Positions 26,703 through 36,389 of a DNA stretch of 64,000 nt are shown one piece after another. This stretch comes from a virus. Lineage: Duplodnaviria > Heunggongvirae > Uroviricota > Caudoviricetes. Both the position numbers and the translations under genes were made by a program. The DNA is taken from positions 1 to 64,000 of the IMG/VR virus record IMGVR_UViG_3300028591_000006. One strand, written 5' to 3'. Under the pieces are notes generated by a model. That model saw only the letters and a program-made list of their open reading frames with translations, was not told where the DNA came from and ran no database searches. Every line of letters starts with the position of its first letter. Positions within the stretch are counted from its first letter, which is position 1.

Positions 26703-27675
26703 TGTTTTTCTCCTTCATACTTTGTCTATGGCGTTTCATAGACTCACTTATTTTCTTTCTGGTTTCAGGGCTAACAGTTCTTAATTTTCCAATTTCTCGT
26801 AATTTTTGTTTAGTTTCTTCAGAATGATGCTTTCCATAAAAATGATTCTTTTCACCCAAAAGACTTTCACTTATTTTACGTTTACTTTCATCAGAATGAT
26901 GTTTACCCTTTATCCAAGGTATTTTCCCTTTATTTTTCTCACTTAATATCTTTTTTCGTTCTTCCGGAAATTCCCTATTTTCCCAATATTTCAACCTAGA
27001 TATTCTCATTCTTTCTTTTTGTTCTTCAGTACGTTTCTTACCTTTATTTTTTTCAGCAATCTTATTAACGATTTCTTCGGAACGTTTCTTTCCAAGATTT
27101 GAATTTATCAAGGCTTGTTTATGTTCTTCAGATAAGGTATAACCATTCTTTTTTCTAGTTATCCAACCTCTTTTCGATTTTTCTGAACAGTCTTGCTTTA
27201 ATAGACTATTTGAAAGTTTTTCTTTACTTTCATTCTTCATAGGAATACTTTTATTCCAGGTTGGTTTACCTATATGTGAATTAGACATCTTTTTCTTAAC
27301 ATCTGAAGAATTTAATTTTTCAATTATCTTCTTGCGAATTTCTAATTTTTCTTCAGGTGTCAAAAATTCTAGGGAATATCCATGACCTCCTTCAGCAATA
27401 TTATATTCTGCTTTACCAATACTTTTGTATAAAGAAATATATGAAGTTTCAAGAATATCAATTTCTTTTGAAGAATGACATATTGCTAATATTTCCTTAT
27501 CAAAGTTATTAATACCATATTTATTTTCAGCCCGAATTATGTATTTTCCAGACCCCATATATCCATCGGTTAATGGCGTAACAACTCTACGTTTATATTT
27601 TCGCAAACGTCTTTGACCAACATAATTCTTACCATTAATTTTGTTTGTTATAAGATAAATATAATAAGTTTCCAT
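26686..27675 (-). CDS. GIY-YIG homing endonuclease with NUMOD3-type repeats (start trimmed to METYYIYLITN)
   Basis: YYIYLITNKINGKNYVGQ...R...GYMGSGKYI is a GIY-YIG core. The C-terminal half carries repeated basic modules of the form HSDESKRKISESLLGEKNHFYGKHHSEETKQKL. Inserted between the clamp-loader and clamp genes. Confidence 0.8.
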   Translation of the reverse strand: METYYIYLITNKINGKNYVGQRRLRKYKRRVVTPLTDGYMGSGKYIIRAENKYGINNFDKEILAICHSSKEIDILETSYISLYKSIGKAEYNIAEGGHGYSLEFLTPEEKLEIRKKIIEKLNSSDVKKKMSNSHIGKPTWNKSIPMKNESKEKLSNSLLKQDCSEKSKRGWITRKKNGYTLSEEHKQALINSNLGKKRSEEIVNKIAEKNKGKKRTEEQKERMRISRLKYWENREFPEERKKILSEKNKGKIPWIKGKHHSDESKRKISESLLGEKNHFYGKHHSEETKQKLREIGKLRTVSPETRKKISESMKRHRQSMKEKNNGIIQ

Positions 27676-27769
27676 ATATCCTTTTATCCTCATTTATAAA
27701 AGTCTACCCAAACCGGACTAACTTATATTATCAAATAACAAACAAAAGGTAAAGAATATCGTCACCTCT

Positions 27770-28831
27770 TTATTCTGTCATAGAAGAGAACAACTTTACA
27801 GCGTTTTCAGATTCAAGGATACAATGAACAGGATTACTTGTATCAAAGTCCGGAGTATCTGAAACAACCTTAAGAACATCAAAGAACTTCTCAGATGAAA
27901 TGAAATCATTGTAATCGAAGTTCATTTCCTTTGGATTCTCGATATCTACAGTCATATCATTGACAGTTTCTTCATAACTACCGGATGTTCTACTGCCCTT
28001 AATCTTAACTTCTTTACCAAATTCAACAACAACTGCTTCATGCTCATCGATAGTGTGGCTGAATTCAGACGCACGGTTGATTGCATCATAAAACTGCGGT
28101 TTAAGTTCGATTTCAAACGCTTTCTTTGCACGGATTCCATCTTCAAGAATAGGAAGAATAGTTGCCAGCGGATAATCTGTAATATTCATACTTCTTACAG
28201 AGAATACGGTATCATCTGTTGAAAGGAACTGTACCCATACCTTGTTGTATTGAACCTTTACAAAATTATTCCACTTCACAAGCTGCGAAACGGCTTTATC
28301 ATCAATCCAGAAATCAGGATATTCATTCTTCATAATACACTTTGTTATAATCCACTTGTTTGTAGCAACAGCCTTATCACCAGTAAAGTAGATACCCTTG
28401 AACTTCGAATTGTTTGCCGAGATTGCACAAACCTTGAGAGCCATATTGAAATCTTCACCATCAATGTCATACCATTCATCAGTTGGTGTAAGAGTTTCAA
28501 AGCGTTCCATAAGATTTTCTTCAGGGAGAAGTTTAATAGCAATCTTAATCTTTCCATCAGTGATTTTCCATGATTCTTTTGATACATCAAGTTCAATTTC
28601 ATCACCTGGAAGTTTGGAAAGACAATTGTAGAAGTCGATACCCTTTACAACACCCTTGATGTCTACTCCTTCAGGGAGTTTTGCATCTACAGAAATTGCA
28701 GTATTGTAAGAATATACATGTCCATTTGTGAATACGATTTTGTCAGCATCCTCAACAGACACATTGCCTACAGCAATTCCCGGAAGAACCTTGTTGATTG
28801 TACTCAGAAGGTCTTTACGATTGATTTTCAT
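27770..28831 (-). CDS. DNA sliding clamp (DnaN/beta-like, 353 aa)
   Basis: MKINRKDLLSTINKV, FYNCLSKLPGDEIELDV and ALKVCAISANNSKFKGIYFTG parallel the DnaN blocks (HLLKPLQQV, FFDICRGLPEGAEI, ILSNEKFRGV). Confidence 0.6.
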   Translation of the reverse strand: MKINRKDLLSTINKVLPGIAVGNVSVEDADKIVFTNGHVYSYNTAISVDAKLPEGVDIKGVVKGIDFYNCLSKLPGDEIELDVSKESWKITDGKIKIAIKLLPEENLMERFETLTPTDEWYDIDGEDFNMALKVCAISANNSKFKGIYFTGDKAVATNKWIITKCIMKNEYPDFWIDDKAVSQLVKWNNFVKVQYNKVWVQFLSTDDTVFSVRSMNITDYPLATILPILEDGIRAKKAFEIELKPQFYDAINRASEFSHTIDEHEAVVVEFGKEVKIKGSRTSGSYEETVNDMTVDIENPKEMNFDYNDFISSEKFFDVLKVVSDTPDFDTSNPVHCILESENAVKLFSSMTE

Positions 28832-28866
28832 AAGATTTACTCCTTAATAAATTTTATATCTATACT

Positions 28867-28894
28867 TTAATAATAGAATCCTTGTGATTTTCAG
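28867..28894 (-). promoter_or_regulatory. phage promoter upstream of the clamp gene (variant CTGAAAAT...TATTAT)
   Basis: Abuts the polymerase stop codon. Confidence 0.45.
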
Positions 28895-30910
28895 CTAGAA
28901 CAGACTTGAACCTCTTTGCAGCTCGTATCCATACTGTTCAAGGCGTTTCTTAGCAATATCAATGTACCATTTCTTATTTATCTTAATACTGAACGGAACA
29001 TCTTTAACCGACTTATTATAAATGAAACAATGTTCAGGTGTATCCTGAAACTTACTGATTGTCTTTCCGATATCTTCACACTTTCCAAGATAGGTATCTG
29101 TTTTGTCAGTAGACGCAAAAACACGATATGTCTTATCGGTAAGATATTCTCCATTGTGCCATGCGTATTTATCACCGGTAAGTCTGTAGATACTCTGGAA
29201 TTTAATCATTTCATTACAGTTATTAATTGTATCTTCAACAGGAATGTTCTTGCTGATATAATTAACCATTGCCTCGTTGAGAATAGGAAGGTCATTATCA
29301 AGCGGATTATTCTCCTTTACAAAACTTCCCTTACGCTCAATAACTTTCATGTTTCCATTCTCATCAGGTCTTGAGAAAGCAACATAATTGTTTACATCTT
29401 TCTGTACGATTCCACCCCATTCTTCATGAGCGAATGTAAGTTTGGTTCGTGCACACCATTCATCACAGATATGACGGTAAATCTTTTCTGTCATTTCATC
29501 TTCAGCAAGTTTTACAACGATACCATCAGTATTTGACTGAATCAACTGAAATCTGTCACCAAGACGAAGTTCAAGTTTTTCAAGAAGGTCTGTAATCATA
29601 AGCTGACCATTTACACAGATGTTATTAGCCTGAACAGGGTCATATGCCTCACTGTTCTTATCCTTTGTGATTCCATACTGGCTGTTAAGAATTACCTTAT
29701 ATGGTGCCTGTTCTTTCTTTTTTCCGGCTTTCTTAAGAGCCATACGTGTATCATAAACTTCCTTGAACTTCTCAGGACTGCGACAGTTACGTGTAAGGAA
29801 ATCCCAGCCAATCATACTGCTCGGATAGTAACTGCCGATATCACTATGATACAGTTTACCAAATACGTGAACCGGTTTTGTAGGACAGCCATGCAGACCA
29901 CCCCATCCGAAAGTATGATTTACTCCACATACCAGTGTCTGGAAAGAAGTCTTGCTATCTTTATTTTTCTTAACCTGTTCACCCTTATCAAGAATGTATT
30001 TATTCTCCGGAGTATTTGGAAGTTCACCTTTGTAATCTTCAAGTTTCAGAAATCTTTCAAACCAGTCTCGGATATAAACATATTTTTCAAGTTGAATGCA
30101 CGGAAGGAATGTAACATTGAATTCATCATCGTGCGGTTGTTTCTTGCAGTCTACAATAAGTGCTGTAAGCTGACCCTTAGTTCGTGATACATTTTTGAAC
30201 GGAAGGTCAAATGTTTCTACCAATGCAATCTGAGCATCAAACTCGCTGATACGAAAACGGAATACCTCGATTGTCTGTTCAACATCATGAATACAATAAC
30301 GCATTGTGGAGAAAATCTCTTTCTGAGTTAAAGGTCTGTCAAGGTTGAAATCTACTTCAGTTTCTTCAATGTCATTACCCATAAATCCTTCAAGAAGTTT
30401 AAGGGATTCAGGCGGCATTTTCTTCATCATAACATCATATGAATAAATCTCTATATCATTCAGATTATACTCTTTTGAAAGTTCGTAAGGTTTCTTTCCT
30501 TCCACAATTAATTTATCAGAAATCTCTTTAGGGTCATAACCTAAAAGGATTCCTTTCATAATCGGAACATCATAATGTTTGTTATTGTATCCAGTCCAGA
30601 TGTAAGTCTTATGCAACTCAAAGAACTCACGGAGTGCTGAACGGTTATTTGCTATGATTGTCTTTATCTTTGCAACAGGGTCAATGATTACAACAAGCCA
30701 GTCGTACATAAAAACTTCAAAGTCATAAAACACAATGCCATAAGGATATTTCTCTGCTGTAAAGTCAGCATATCCTGGAATATCTGTGATTGTACGGTTT
30801 ATGTGTACAAGTTCTTCGTAAGTTACATTTCGTTTCTTTACAGGTAGTTTTGCAACTGTTGGTGCAACAACAGTCTTTTCAGGTTCAATATCAAAATCAA
30901 AAAGTGCCAT
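28895..30910 (-). CDS. family-B DNA polymerase with 3'-5' exonuclease (compact, 671 aa)
   Basis: Exo I (FYDFEVF), Exo II (YNNKHYDVP), Exo III (YCIHD). Pol motif A (DIGSYYPS), motif B (KVILNSQYG), motif C (SNTDGI). Confidence 0.8.
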   Translation of the reverse strand: MALFDFDIEPEKTVVAPTVAKLPVKKRNVTYEELVHINRTITDIPGYADFTAEKYPYGIVFYDFEVFMYDWLVVIIDPVAKIKTIIANNRSALREFFELHKTYIWTGYNNKHYDVPIMKGILLGYDPKEISDKLIVEGKKPYELSKEYNLNDIEIYSYDVMMKKMPPESLKLLEGFMGNDIEETEVDFNLDRPLTQKEIFSTMRYCIHDVEQTIEVFRFRISEFDAQIALVETFDLPFKNVSRTKGQLTALIVDCKKQPHDDEFNVTFLPCIQLEKYVYIRDWFERFLKLEDYKGELPNTPENKYILDKGEQVKKNKDSKTSFQTLVCGVNHTFGWGGLHGCPTKPVHVFGKLYHSDIGSYYPSSMIGWDFLTRNCRSPEKFKEVYDTRMALKKAGKKKEQAPYKVILNSQYGITKDKNSEAYDPVQANNICVNGQLMITDLLEKLELRLGDRFQLIQSNTDGIVVKLAEDEMTEKIYRHICDEWCARTKLTFAHEEWGGIVQKDVNNYVAFSRPDENGNMKVIERKGSFVKENNPLDNDLPILNEAMVNYISKNIPVEDTINNCNEMIKFQSIYRLTGDKYAWHNGEYLTDKTYRVFASTDKTDTYLGKCEDIGKTISKFQDTPEHCFIYNKSVKDVPFSIKINKKWYIDIAKKRLEQYGYELQRGSSLF

Positions 30911-30912
30911 AT

Positions 30913-30960
30913 CTTAATAATAGAAAGAGCCACCTTTTCAGGTGGCTCTTATATTCAGCA
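30913..30960 (-). promoter_or_regulatory. terminator hairpin plus -10 element upstream of the polymerase gene
   Basis: 9-bp hairpin agagccacc/ggtggctct (30927-30950). The following U-tract merges into TTCTATTATTAAG, which lies directly before the polB ATG. Confidence 0.45.
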
Positions 30961-30969
30961 GTTTATATT

Positions 30970-31593
30970 TTAAGCAACAGCATAACCGATTCTGTTCCAG
31001 AAGGATTTTATCTCACCCATAACTGAATCCACAATTGCCGGAGTATAACCAAACTTTCTGCTGATTGAAACGGTGTTTGGTTTTACTTTGGCATGTGCAT
31101 TCACCCATTCTTGGCTGATGATATACTTCAGAACCTGATATCCTTCATACGAAAGTTCTTCCTTTGCTACAACCATAAGTTCATTGTCGTCAATGTTGTA
31201 ATTGCGGCTTTCGATTGTACTTTCATAAGAATTATCTTCTGTACCATTGTGCTTTGCGTTTGTTGCAAAATCTTCATAGTGTGAAATCTCTTTCATCGTG
31301 CACTTATAGTAATCTTCAAGTCTTCCCATAAGATTCTGAAAGAGAAATGTTGTAAACTTTGTACCCTTGGAACCACTATAAGACTGAAGACACTGTGCAT
31401 AAATCAGCTGACCTTCTGCATACACATCATCGAACTGTACGTCAGGTCTTTCAAATCTTTTCTTTTTCCATGTAGAGAGTGCAAGTTTGTAAATCATGTT
31501 TTTGCATGATTCGAAATCAGGTAAGTTTTGTTTGTTCATAATTTGCTCCTTTGGTTTAGTTTTTTTATTTAGGATAACTCTAATATAACACAT
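30970..31593 (-). CDS. sigma-70-family factor (regions 2 and 4)
   Basis: DVYAEGQLIYAQCLQSYSGSKGTKFTTFLFQNLMGRL aligns with sigma region 2.2-2.3 (dLiQEG.lgL..av.kFd..kG.kFsTYA.wwIr). The C-terminal NTVSISRKFGYTPAIVDSVMGEIKSF resembles a region-4 HTH. Probable start is MNKQNLPDF. Confidence 0.5.
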   Translation of the reverse strand: MCYIRVILNKKTKPKEQIMNKQNLPDFESCKNMIYKLALSTWKKKRFERPDVQFDDVYAEGQLIYAQCLQSYSGSKGTKFTTFLFQNLMGRLEDYYKCTMKEISHYEDFATNAKHNGTEDNSYESTIESRNYNIDDNELMVVAKEELSYEGYQVLKYIISQEWVNAHAKVKPNTVSISRKFGYTPAIVDSVMGEIKSFWNRIGYAVA

Positions 31594-31627
31594 ACTAAAA
31601 CCTTAGTCAAGCAAATTATTACAAATA

Positions 31628-31876
31628 CTAAATTGATTTCCAATCATAAGAATTCTCAAGCTGCTCCATAAGTTTATTGCGGCTTTCTGTTTTCTCAGCA
31701 ATATCCTTATTAATTTCATCACGCTTTTTCTTAGCTTCTTCAAGTGTCCTGAAACCATATTTCTTTTCCCAGTTATTTTCAATGGTTTCAATCTTACCTT
31801 CAGAACTTGCACTGCTAAGTTCAATTTCTTTCATTTCATTTTTAATCTTTTCGAATTCCGATGGTGTCATTTTCAC
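31628..31876 (-). CDS. small charged protein (82 aa)
   Basis: Minus-strand ORF. Confidence 0.35.
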   Translation of the reverse strand: MKMTPSEFEKIKNEMKEIELSSASSEGKIETIENNWEKKYGFRTLEEAKKKRDEINKDIAEKTESRNKLMEQLENSYDWKSI

Positions 31877-32177
31877 TCCCTTTCAAAAGTTCATCAAGTT
31901 CATTTACCTTGGTATAAATCTGATAAAAATATTTAAGTGTCCGGTAACGCATTACCACATCTCTATTATCAGGATTTACATCACGAAAATCCACTTTATC
32001 CAGGTCATACATTCTGCCATACATCTGCTCGATGACCTGAATATTCTCTTCAATCTGTTCCGGGGAAAGATTAAAGAATTCTGTCATTGTCTTCTCAACA
32101 GTCTTCTTAAACTTTCCAAAATCTTTTATGAACATGTTAAATCTCCATTCGCTATCGGCTTGCCACAGTATGGACAA
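31842..32177 (-). CDS. hypothetical protein (111 aa)
   Basis: Minus-strand ORF. Confidence 0.4.
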   Translation of the reverse strand: MSILWQADSEWRFNMFIKDFGKFKKTVEKTMTEFFNLSPEQIEENIQVIEQMYGRMYDLDKVDFRDVNPDNRDVVMRYRTLKYFYQIYTKVNELDELLKGSENDTIGIRKD

Positions 32178-33148
32178 ATATCCGGTAACTTTGTTTGTAA
32201 TTCCTCCCGTTTCTTCTTTAATGATAGAATCTTTTCGTTTTCCAATTCATAAGATTTAATTTGTTCATCAAGTTCAGATACATCCGAGATATCCATTAAT
32301 TCAATCTGATGTACAAGTTTCTTCTGCTTGGATAAATCTATGATATAGGATTTTGCATGTTCATATTCTTTTATATCATCATCAAGTTCAGATACATCCG
32401 GAATATCAATATTCTCAATCTGCTCAACAAGTTTCTTCTGCTCAGACATATCAATGATTGTTATGTTTTCTCTATCGGAAATTGCAGCTGAAAGTTCAGC
32501 AGACTCGGTTTCTTTCTTCTGAAGAATTTCGTTGTACTTCACAATGCGTTTACAAATATTATCAGCTTCATCAATCCAATCTGTATCCTTTAATCCTTCT
32601 TCGAGTTTCTTAATATCGGCTTCCACAACCTTCTGTTCTGAAGATAACTGTCGTTTATCAGAATCAGCAATAGACATAATCTTATCAATACTATCGAGGT
32701 GAACAATCTCATTAAGATACTTACTTGCTTCACCTGCACTTTTACTGATAAGGTATAAAGGGTCGAGCTGATACTGAAAGTTTACATCTGAAACATTAAG
32801 GAAGTCTATTACTTCTTTTGGTACACCTTTACCAATAGCGTCTAAGTTAGTTTCTTTTTCACCGTTCTTACAGATGTTATATCCGTTTCGTTTTTTATCA
32901 CGGATTCTCTCAACATAACCTTTCTCAGTATACAATTTTACAGAAAGTGGTTCCTTGAAATCTTCATTCCAATTCGAGTTTATCTTTTCTGTACCCTGTG
33001 GCTGATTATCTACTACCCAACGGATAGCACGGATAACAGCTGACTTACCGTTATCAGATTCACCACAGATAACATTTACACCCTTATCAAATTCAAGGAT
33101 TGTATTCTTATGCGACTGGAAATTCTTTATCTCTATTTTCGTAAACAT
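32126..33148 (-). CDS. Rad50/SbcC-like ATPase, N-terminal half (Walker A + coiled coil + C-terminal CxxC zinc hook)
   Basis: MFTKIEIKNFQSHKNTILEFDKGVNVICGESDNGKSAVIRAIRWV is an SbcC/Rad50 N-terminal Walker A. A long coiled coil contains an internal 30-aa duplication. The protein ends ...LPDICPYCGKPIANG. Confidence 0.6.
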   Translation of the reverse strand: MFTKIEIKNFQSHKNTILEFDKGVNVICGESDNGKSAVIRAIRWVVDNQPQGTEKINSNWNEDFKEPLSVKLYTEKGYVERIRDKKRNGYNICKNGEKETNLDAIGKGVPKEVIDFLNVSDVNFQYQLDPLYLISKSAGEASKYLNEIVHLDSIDKIMSIADSDKRQLSSEQKVVEADIKKLEEGLKDTDWIDEADNICKRIVKYNEILQKKETESAELSAAISDRENITIIDMSEQKKLVEQIENIDIPDVSELDDDIKEYEHAKSYIIDLSKQKKLVHQIELMDISDVSELDEQIKSYELENEKILSLKKKREELQTKLPDICPYCGKPIANGDLTCS

Positions 33149-33525
33149 CTTTTCAACTCCATAATATTTCTATTACTGAATGCGATAGGATAATCATGTT
33201 TCTTATCGTACGGAAACTTGGCTGTAATTATCCAGGTTTCATCCCAACCAATTCTTGTATCAGGCTCATCATAATATAATTTACATTTAATAGAATCTAT
33301 AATAATATCCTTATCCTCTTCTACACAATGAGATATAAAGTCATTCCAATCTTTTGGTTCAAAATAAGTTTCCATAGAATCTTTAAGACCACCTCTATGA
33401 AATCTTACCTTGTAAACATCCTGACCTTTTATCCTCTCACATTCATTAAAAGTTTCAGCTTTTACATTATTTGAAACTTCTCTATTAATCATTGCATTAA
33501 ATATGTTATTTTGAAATTTCTTCAT
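33133..33525 (-). CDS. hypothetical protein (130 aa)
   Basis: Minus-strand ORF. Confidence 0.4.
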   Translation of the reverse strand: MKKFQNNIFNAMINREVSNNVKAETFNECERIKGQDVYKVRFHRGGLKDSMETYFEPKDWNDFISHCVEEDKDIIIDSIKCKLYYDEPDTRIGWDETWIITAKFPYDKKHDYPIAFSNRNIMELKRCLRK

Positions 33526-33605
33526 TCATAATACCAGAAGCGGTTAATAATTCTTTCTCAAGTCTTTTGCCTATATCTTCTTCACTCATTCAATATACTC
33601 CTACA

Positions 33606-34097
33606 TTAAATAATTTTCTTAAAAATATACTGACAATGTGGACCAGAGTTTATATAATCAATTACATAAGGTTTACCTTTTGTAATATCACCATAAGTAA
33701 CTTCAGAATCATAAGGAATATAAAATTCAATCTCATGAGTTTTCAGACCACTCCATATATACAATAATAGCTTACATTGTGCTGAATTTTCATATGAAAC
33801 AATCTTATAATCTTTTAATTTACCTTTCCATTTATAATAACAATCCGCACCCATTGAATTAGCATAATGTTCTTCAATTTTCACAAGTGCATATCTTTTA
33901 AGAGTGCGAATAGCATTTCGTAAATGGTGTTTATCAAAATACATACAATTATTCCTTATCACATGCCTTTTCGTCAGGGTCATAGATTGCCATCTTACAA
34001 CCTTTCTTTCCAATATCAACAGTAAATTTATCAATAAGTTTTTCTCTAGGAAATTCTTCGTAAATCGTGTTAATTGCAACAGAATAACCTTCAACAA
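33606..34097 (-). CDS. hypothetical protein (likely shorter; start near MTLTKRHV)
   Basis: Minus-strand ORF. Confidence 0.35.
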   Translation of the reverse strand: MLKVILLQLTRFTKNFLEKNLLINLLLILERKVVRWQSMTLTKRHVIRNNCMYFDKHHLRNAIRTLKRYALVKIEEHYANSMGADCYYKWKGKLKDYKIVSYENSAQCKLLLYIWSGLKTHEIEFYIPYDSEVTYGDITKGKPYVIDYINSGPHCQYIFKKII

Positions 34098-34170
34098 TTA
34101 AAGGTTTCACAAAGTCCACAACATTTTGAAGACTGTTAAATTCGTAAGTACCTGAATTAATCATTGACAT
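33949..34170 (-). CDS. hypothetical protein (73 aa)
   Basis: Minus-strand ORF overlapping the upstream frame. Confidence 0.3.
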   Translation of the reverse strand: MSMINSGTYEFNSLQNVVDFVKPLIVEGYSVAINTIYEEFPREKLIDKFTVDIGKKGCKMAIYDPDEKACDKE

Positions 34171-34468
34171 ATTTATTCTCCTTATTATAAATCTTTCCTT
34201 CTCTTAAAGCGGTCATATATTCATGTCTATCCTTGAAACCATATTTCACAATATCAATTGCTATCATTTCAGCAACAACCCACGAAGAAATCATATCATA
34301 ACCACTTACTACAATATTTGAAACAATTTTATGAATTTCATTAATATCCCTATGAGATTGTTTAAGCAACCATTTAACTTTATTATTTTGTCCACTTGGA
34401 TTTTTGTGGTGTTCAAGGATGTTGGTTCCACGCATACCTTGTTTTCGTTTAATTATACTTACTGCCAT
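34157..34468 (-). CDS. hypothetical protein (103 aa)
   Basis: Minus-strand ORF. Confidence 0.4.
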   Translation of the reverse strand: MAVSIIKRKQGMRGTNILEHHKNPSGQNNKVKWLLKQSHRDINEIHKIVSNIVVSGYDMISSWVVAEMIAIDIVKYGFKDRHEYMTALREGKIYNKENKYVND

Positions 34469-34725
34469 TATTCTTCACCTCTCTGCTTTCTAATTTTCTT
34501 TGAATATTCATGACCTTTCCAAAGTGTTCGCATAATCTTCTCATTGTTAGCTCTTGAGAAACAGGACTTACAGATATAAGCTGCACACTCAGAACCGTCA
34601 GAATACTGTCCATCTTTACGGATAGTTTTTCTCATAAGTCCAATCTGATAACAAAGGTCTGTAAGACGCTTACCATTTTCATCAAATAACTGTTTTCCAC
34701 AAATACAACATTTATCATTAATCAT
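34468..34725 (-). CDS. zinc-finger protein (85 aa)
   Basis: CCICGK...C...CAAYICKSC motifs. Confidence 0.4.
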   Translation of the reverse strand: MINDKCCICGKQLFDENGKRLTDLCYQIGLMRKTIRKDGQYSDGSECAAYICKSCFSRANNEKIMRTLWKGHEYSKKIRKQRGEE

Positions 34726-35315
34726 TTCTCACCTCTGAGTAAATATAAATTATTCTTTACTTCAGGAAGATATACATTCAAAGTAGACTGCGGAATATTA
34801 CCACTCATTACCTTAGTTTCTCCACAGTTATAAGCCATAATAATATCATCTTCTACTCCAAGTTTTTCTTTAAGATAATGAATATGATGAACAGCTACAT
34901 AGGTACTATGTTTCCAATTTGCCGGATTAAATTCAACATTCTCAAATTTCCAATATCTGTCCTTAAATGTTGTCCACAAATATCGGTCATTCATCTGCCA
35001 CAGAAAAAGGTCAACTGTTCCGTTATCATTTACATGTATTGCCATTGGGTCAAACTTTGGATTTTCCATCATAAGAATTGATACATCTAAATCAGAATCA
35101 TCACCAAGTCCATCACATAAATCACAAATATAATTACTGAATTCTTTTGGCATAAACTTATATTTTGGTTCACGTTCATCAAAAGTTGGTTCTTCAAGTG
35201 ATAAGTCTATTGCGATTATTTTTGCTCTCTTACTTCCTAACAAATAACAGGCTATCATTAAAGCAACTAATAATATTCCCATTAAACTTGTCAAAATTAT
35301 TTTACTTCGTTTCAT
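34722..35315 (-). CDS. membrane-anchored protein (197 aa), possible murein-hydrolase-like domain
   Basis: N-terminal signal-anchor ILTSLMGILLVALMIACYLLG. AYNCGE resembles the AYNAG motif of lytic transglycosylases, but the match is weak. Confidence 0.3.
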   Translation of the reverse strand: MKRSKIILTSLMGILLVALMIACYLLGSKRAKIIAIDLSLEEPTFDEREPKYKFMPKEFSNYICDLCDGLGDDSDLDVSILMMENPKFDPMAIHVNDNGTVDLFLWQMNDRYLWTTFKDRYWKFENVEFNPANWKHSTYVAVHHIHYLKEKLGVEDDIIMAYNCGETKVMSGNIPQSTLNVYLPEVKNNLYLLRGEK

Positions 35316-35333
35316 TTTATCTTATTCCTTATT

Positions 35334-35345
35334 ATAATTATAGAA
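35334..35345 (-). promoter_or_regulatory. phage promoter (-10 motif) upstream of 34722..35315
   Basis: TTCTATAATTAT. Confidence 0.4.
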
Positions 35346-35357
35346 TCTTATCAATTT

Positions 35358-35774
35358 CTAATTCTTATAATATTCGTTATGCCATTTTTCAATAATTGCA
35401 TCTTTAATCTTATCGTAATTACCTACAAGTTCTTTCTGAAAATCATACAGAAAATCTTTTGGCATATCTGAAAGATACTTAAACCTATAATTATGTTCAT
35501 TATACAACCAATACATATCATGTGACCAAGAATTTCCTTGACTATCACACAGGTAATCTCTTTCGACAGCCATATACATATTCCAATTCTCAAGTTTGAC
35601 CATAATTTGTAAATTACCTTTATGAATCTTAATGTAAGTATTTGTTTCAGGAATATGATATGTTCCTTCAAACTTAACATTGCGATAGTCATAAGTTAAT
35701 TCAATAGCATCATATAATGTTGAATTGAAAATACAATGTTTCCTAAATTCTTTCCATTTCTCAAATAGATTCAT
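35358..35774 (-). CDS. hypothetical protein (138 aa)
   Basis: Minus-strand ORF. Confidence 0.4.
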   Translation of the reverse strand: MNLFEKWKEFRKHCIFNSTLYDAIELTYDYRNVKFEGTYHIPETNTYIKIHKGNLQIMVKLENWNMYMAVERDYLCDSQGNSWSHDMYWLYNEHNYRFKYLSDMPKDFLYDFQKELVGNYDKIKDAIIEKWHNEYYKN

Positions 35775-36389
35775 TTATTCTGCTCCTTTATTCTTCAACT
35801 GTTCTGTAGCAAGTTCGAAAGCAAGCAAATATAATTCAACTATTCCTGTACTTCTTTTTCCAATACTAGACGCATATTCCCAACAGTCTGAATCAATTTT
35901 ACTGAGTACGTCATATCCTTTTTCAGATAAACCTCTTCTATCTGAAAAATCTTCTAATGCATCACGTATAAAATCGTGAGTATTTTCGTAATCTTCTGGT
36001 AATTCTAATTCATAATCTTTTATATATTCTTCAATTTCCTTATATGCAGAATCTTCGTCATATTCAAATAAATCTCTACTATGACAATTAATTTTACCCA
36101 TGAAATAAGACGGATTATGTACAAAATCACCAAAACATTCATAAGTCATATTTTTATAATTAGTTGCAGTAAGTTCACCTAAATCACCGGTAATGTGTAA
36201 GCAATAAGAATCTTCATCAAAAAGAAACCTTATACGATAACAGCAATTATCTGGTTCTGCAAAATCCAAAATCTTTATTTGTCCTAAGTCGATAAACTTA
36301 GCAACGTGTTTTTCAAAGTATTTTTTCTGTATTTCAAGATTTAACATTATTCTGCTCCTTCTAATTCCCTGACTGTTCAATCCAATCAT
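35775..36389 (-). CDS. hypothetical acidic protein (204 aa)
   Basis: Minus-strand ORF. Confidence 0.4.
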   Translation of the reverse strand: MIGLNSQGIRRSRIMLNLEIQKKYFEKHVAKFIDLGQIKILDFAEPDNCCYRIRFLFDEDSYCLHITGDLGELTATNYKNMTYECFGDFVHNPSYFMGKINCHSRDLFEYDEDSAYKEIEEYIKDYELELPEDYENTHDFIRDALEDFSDRRGLSEKGYDVLSKIDSDCWEYASSIGKRSTGIVELYLLAFELATEQLKNKGAE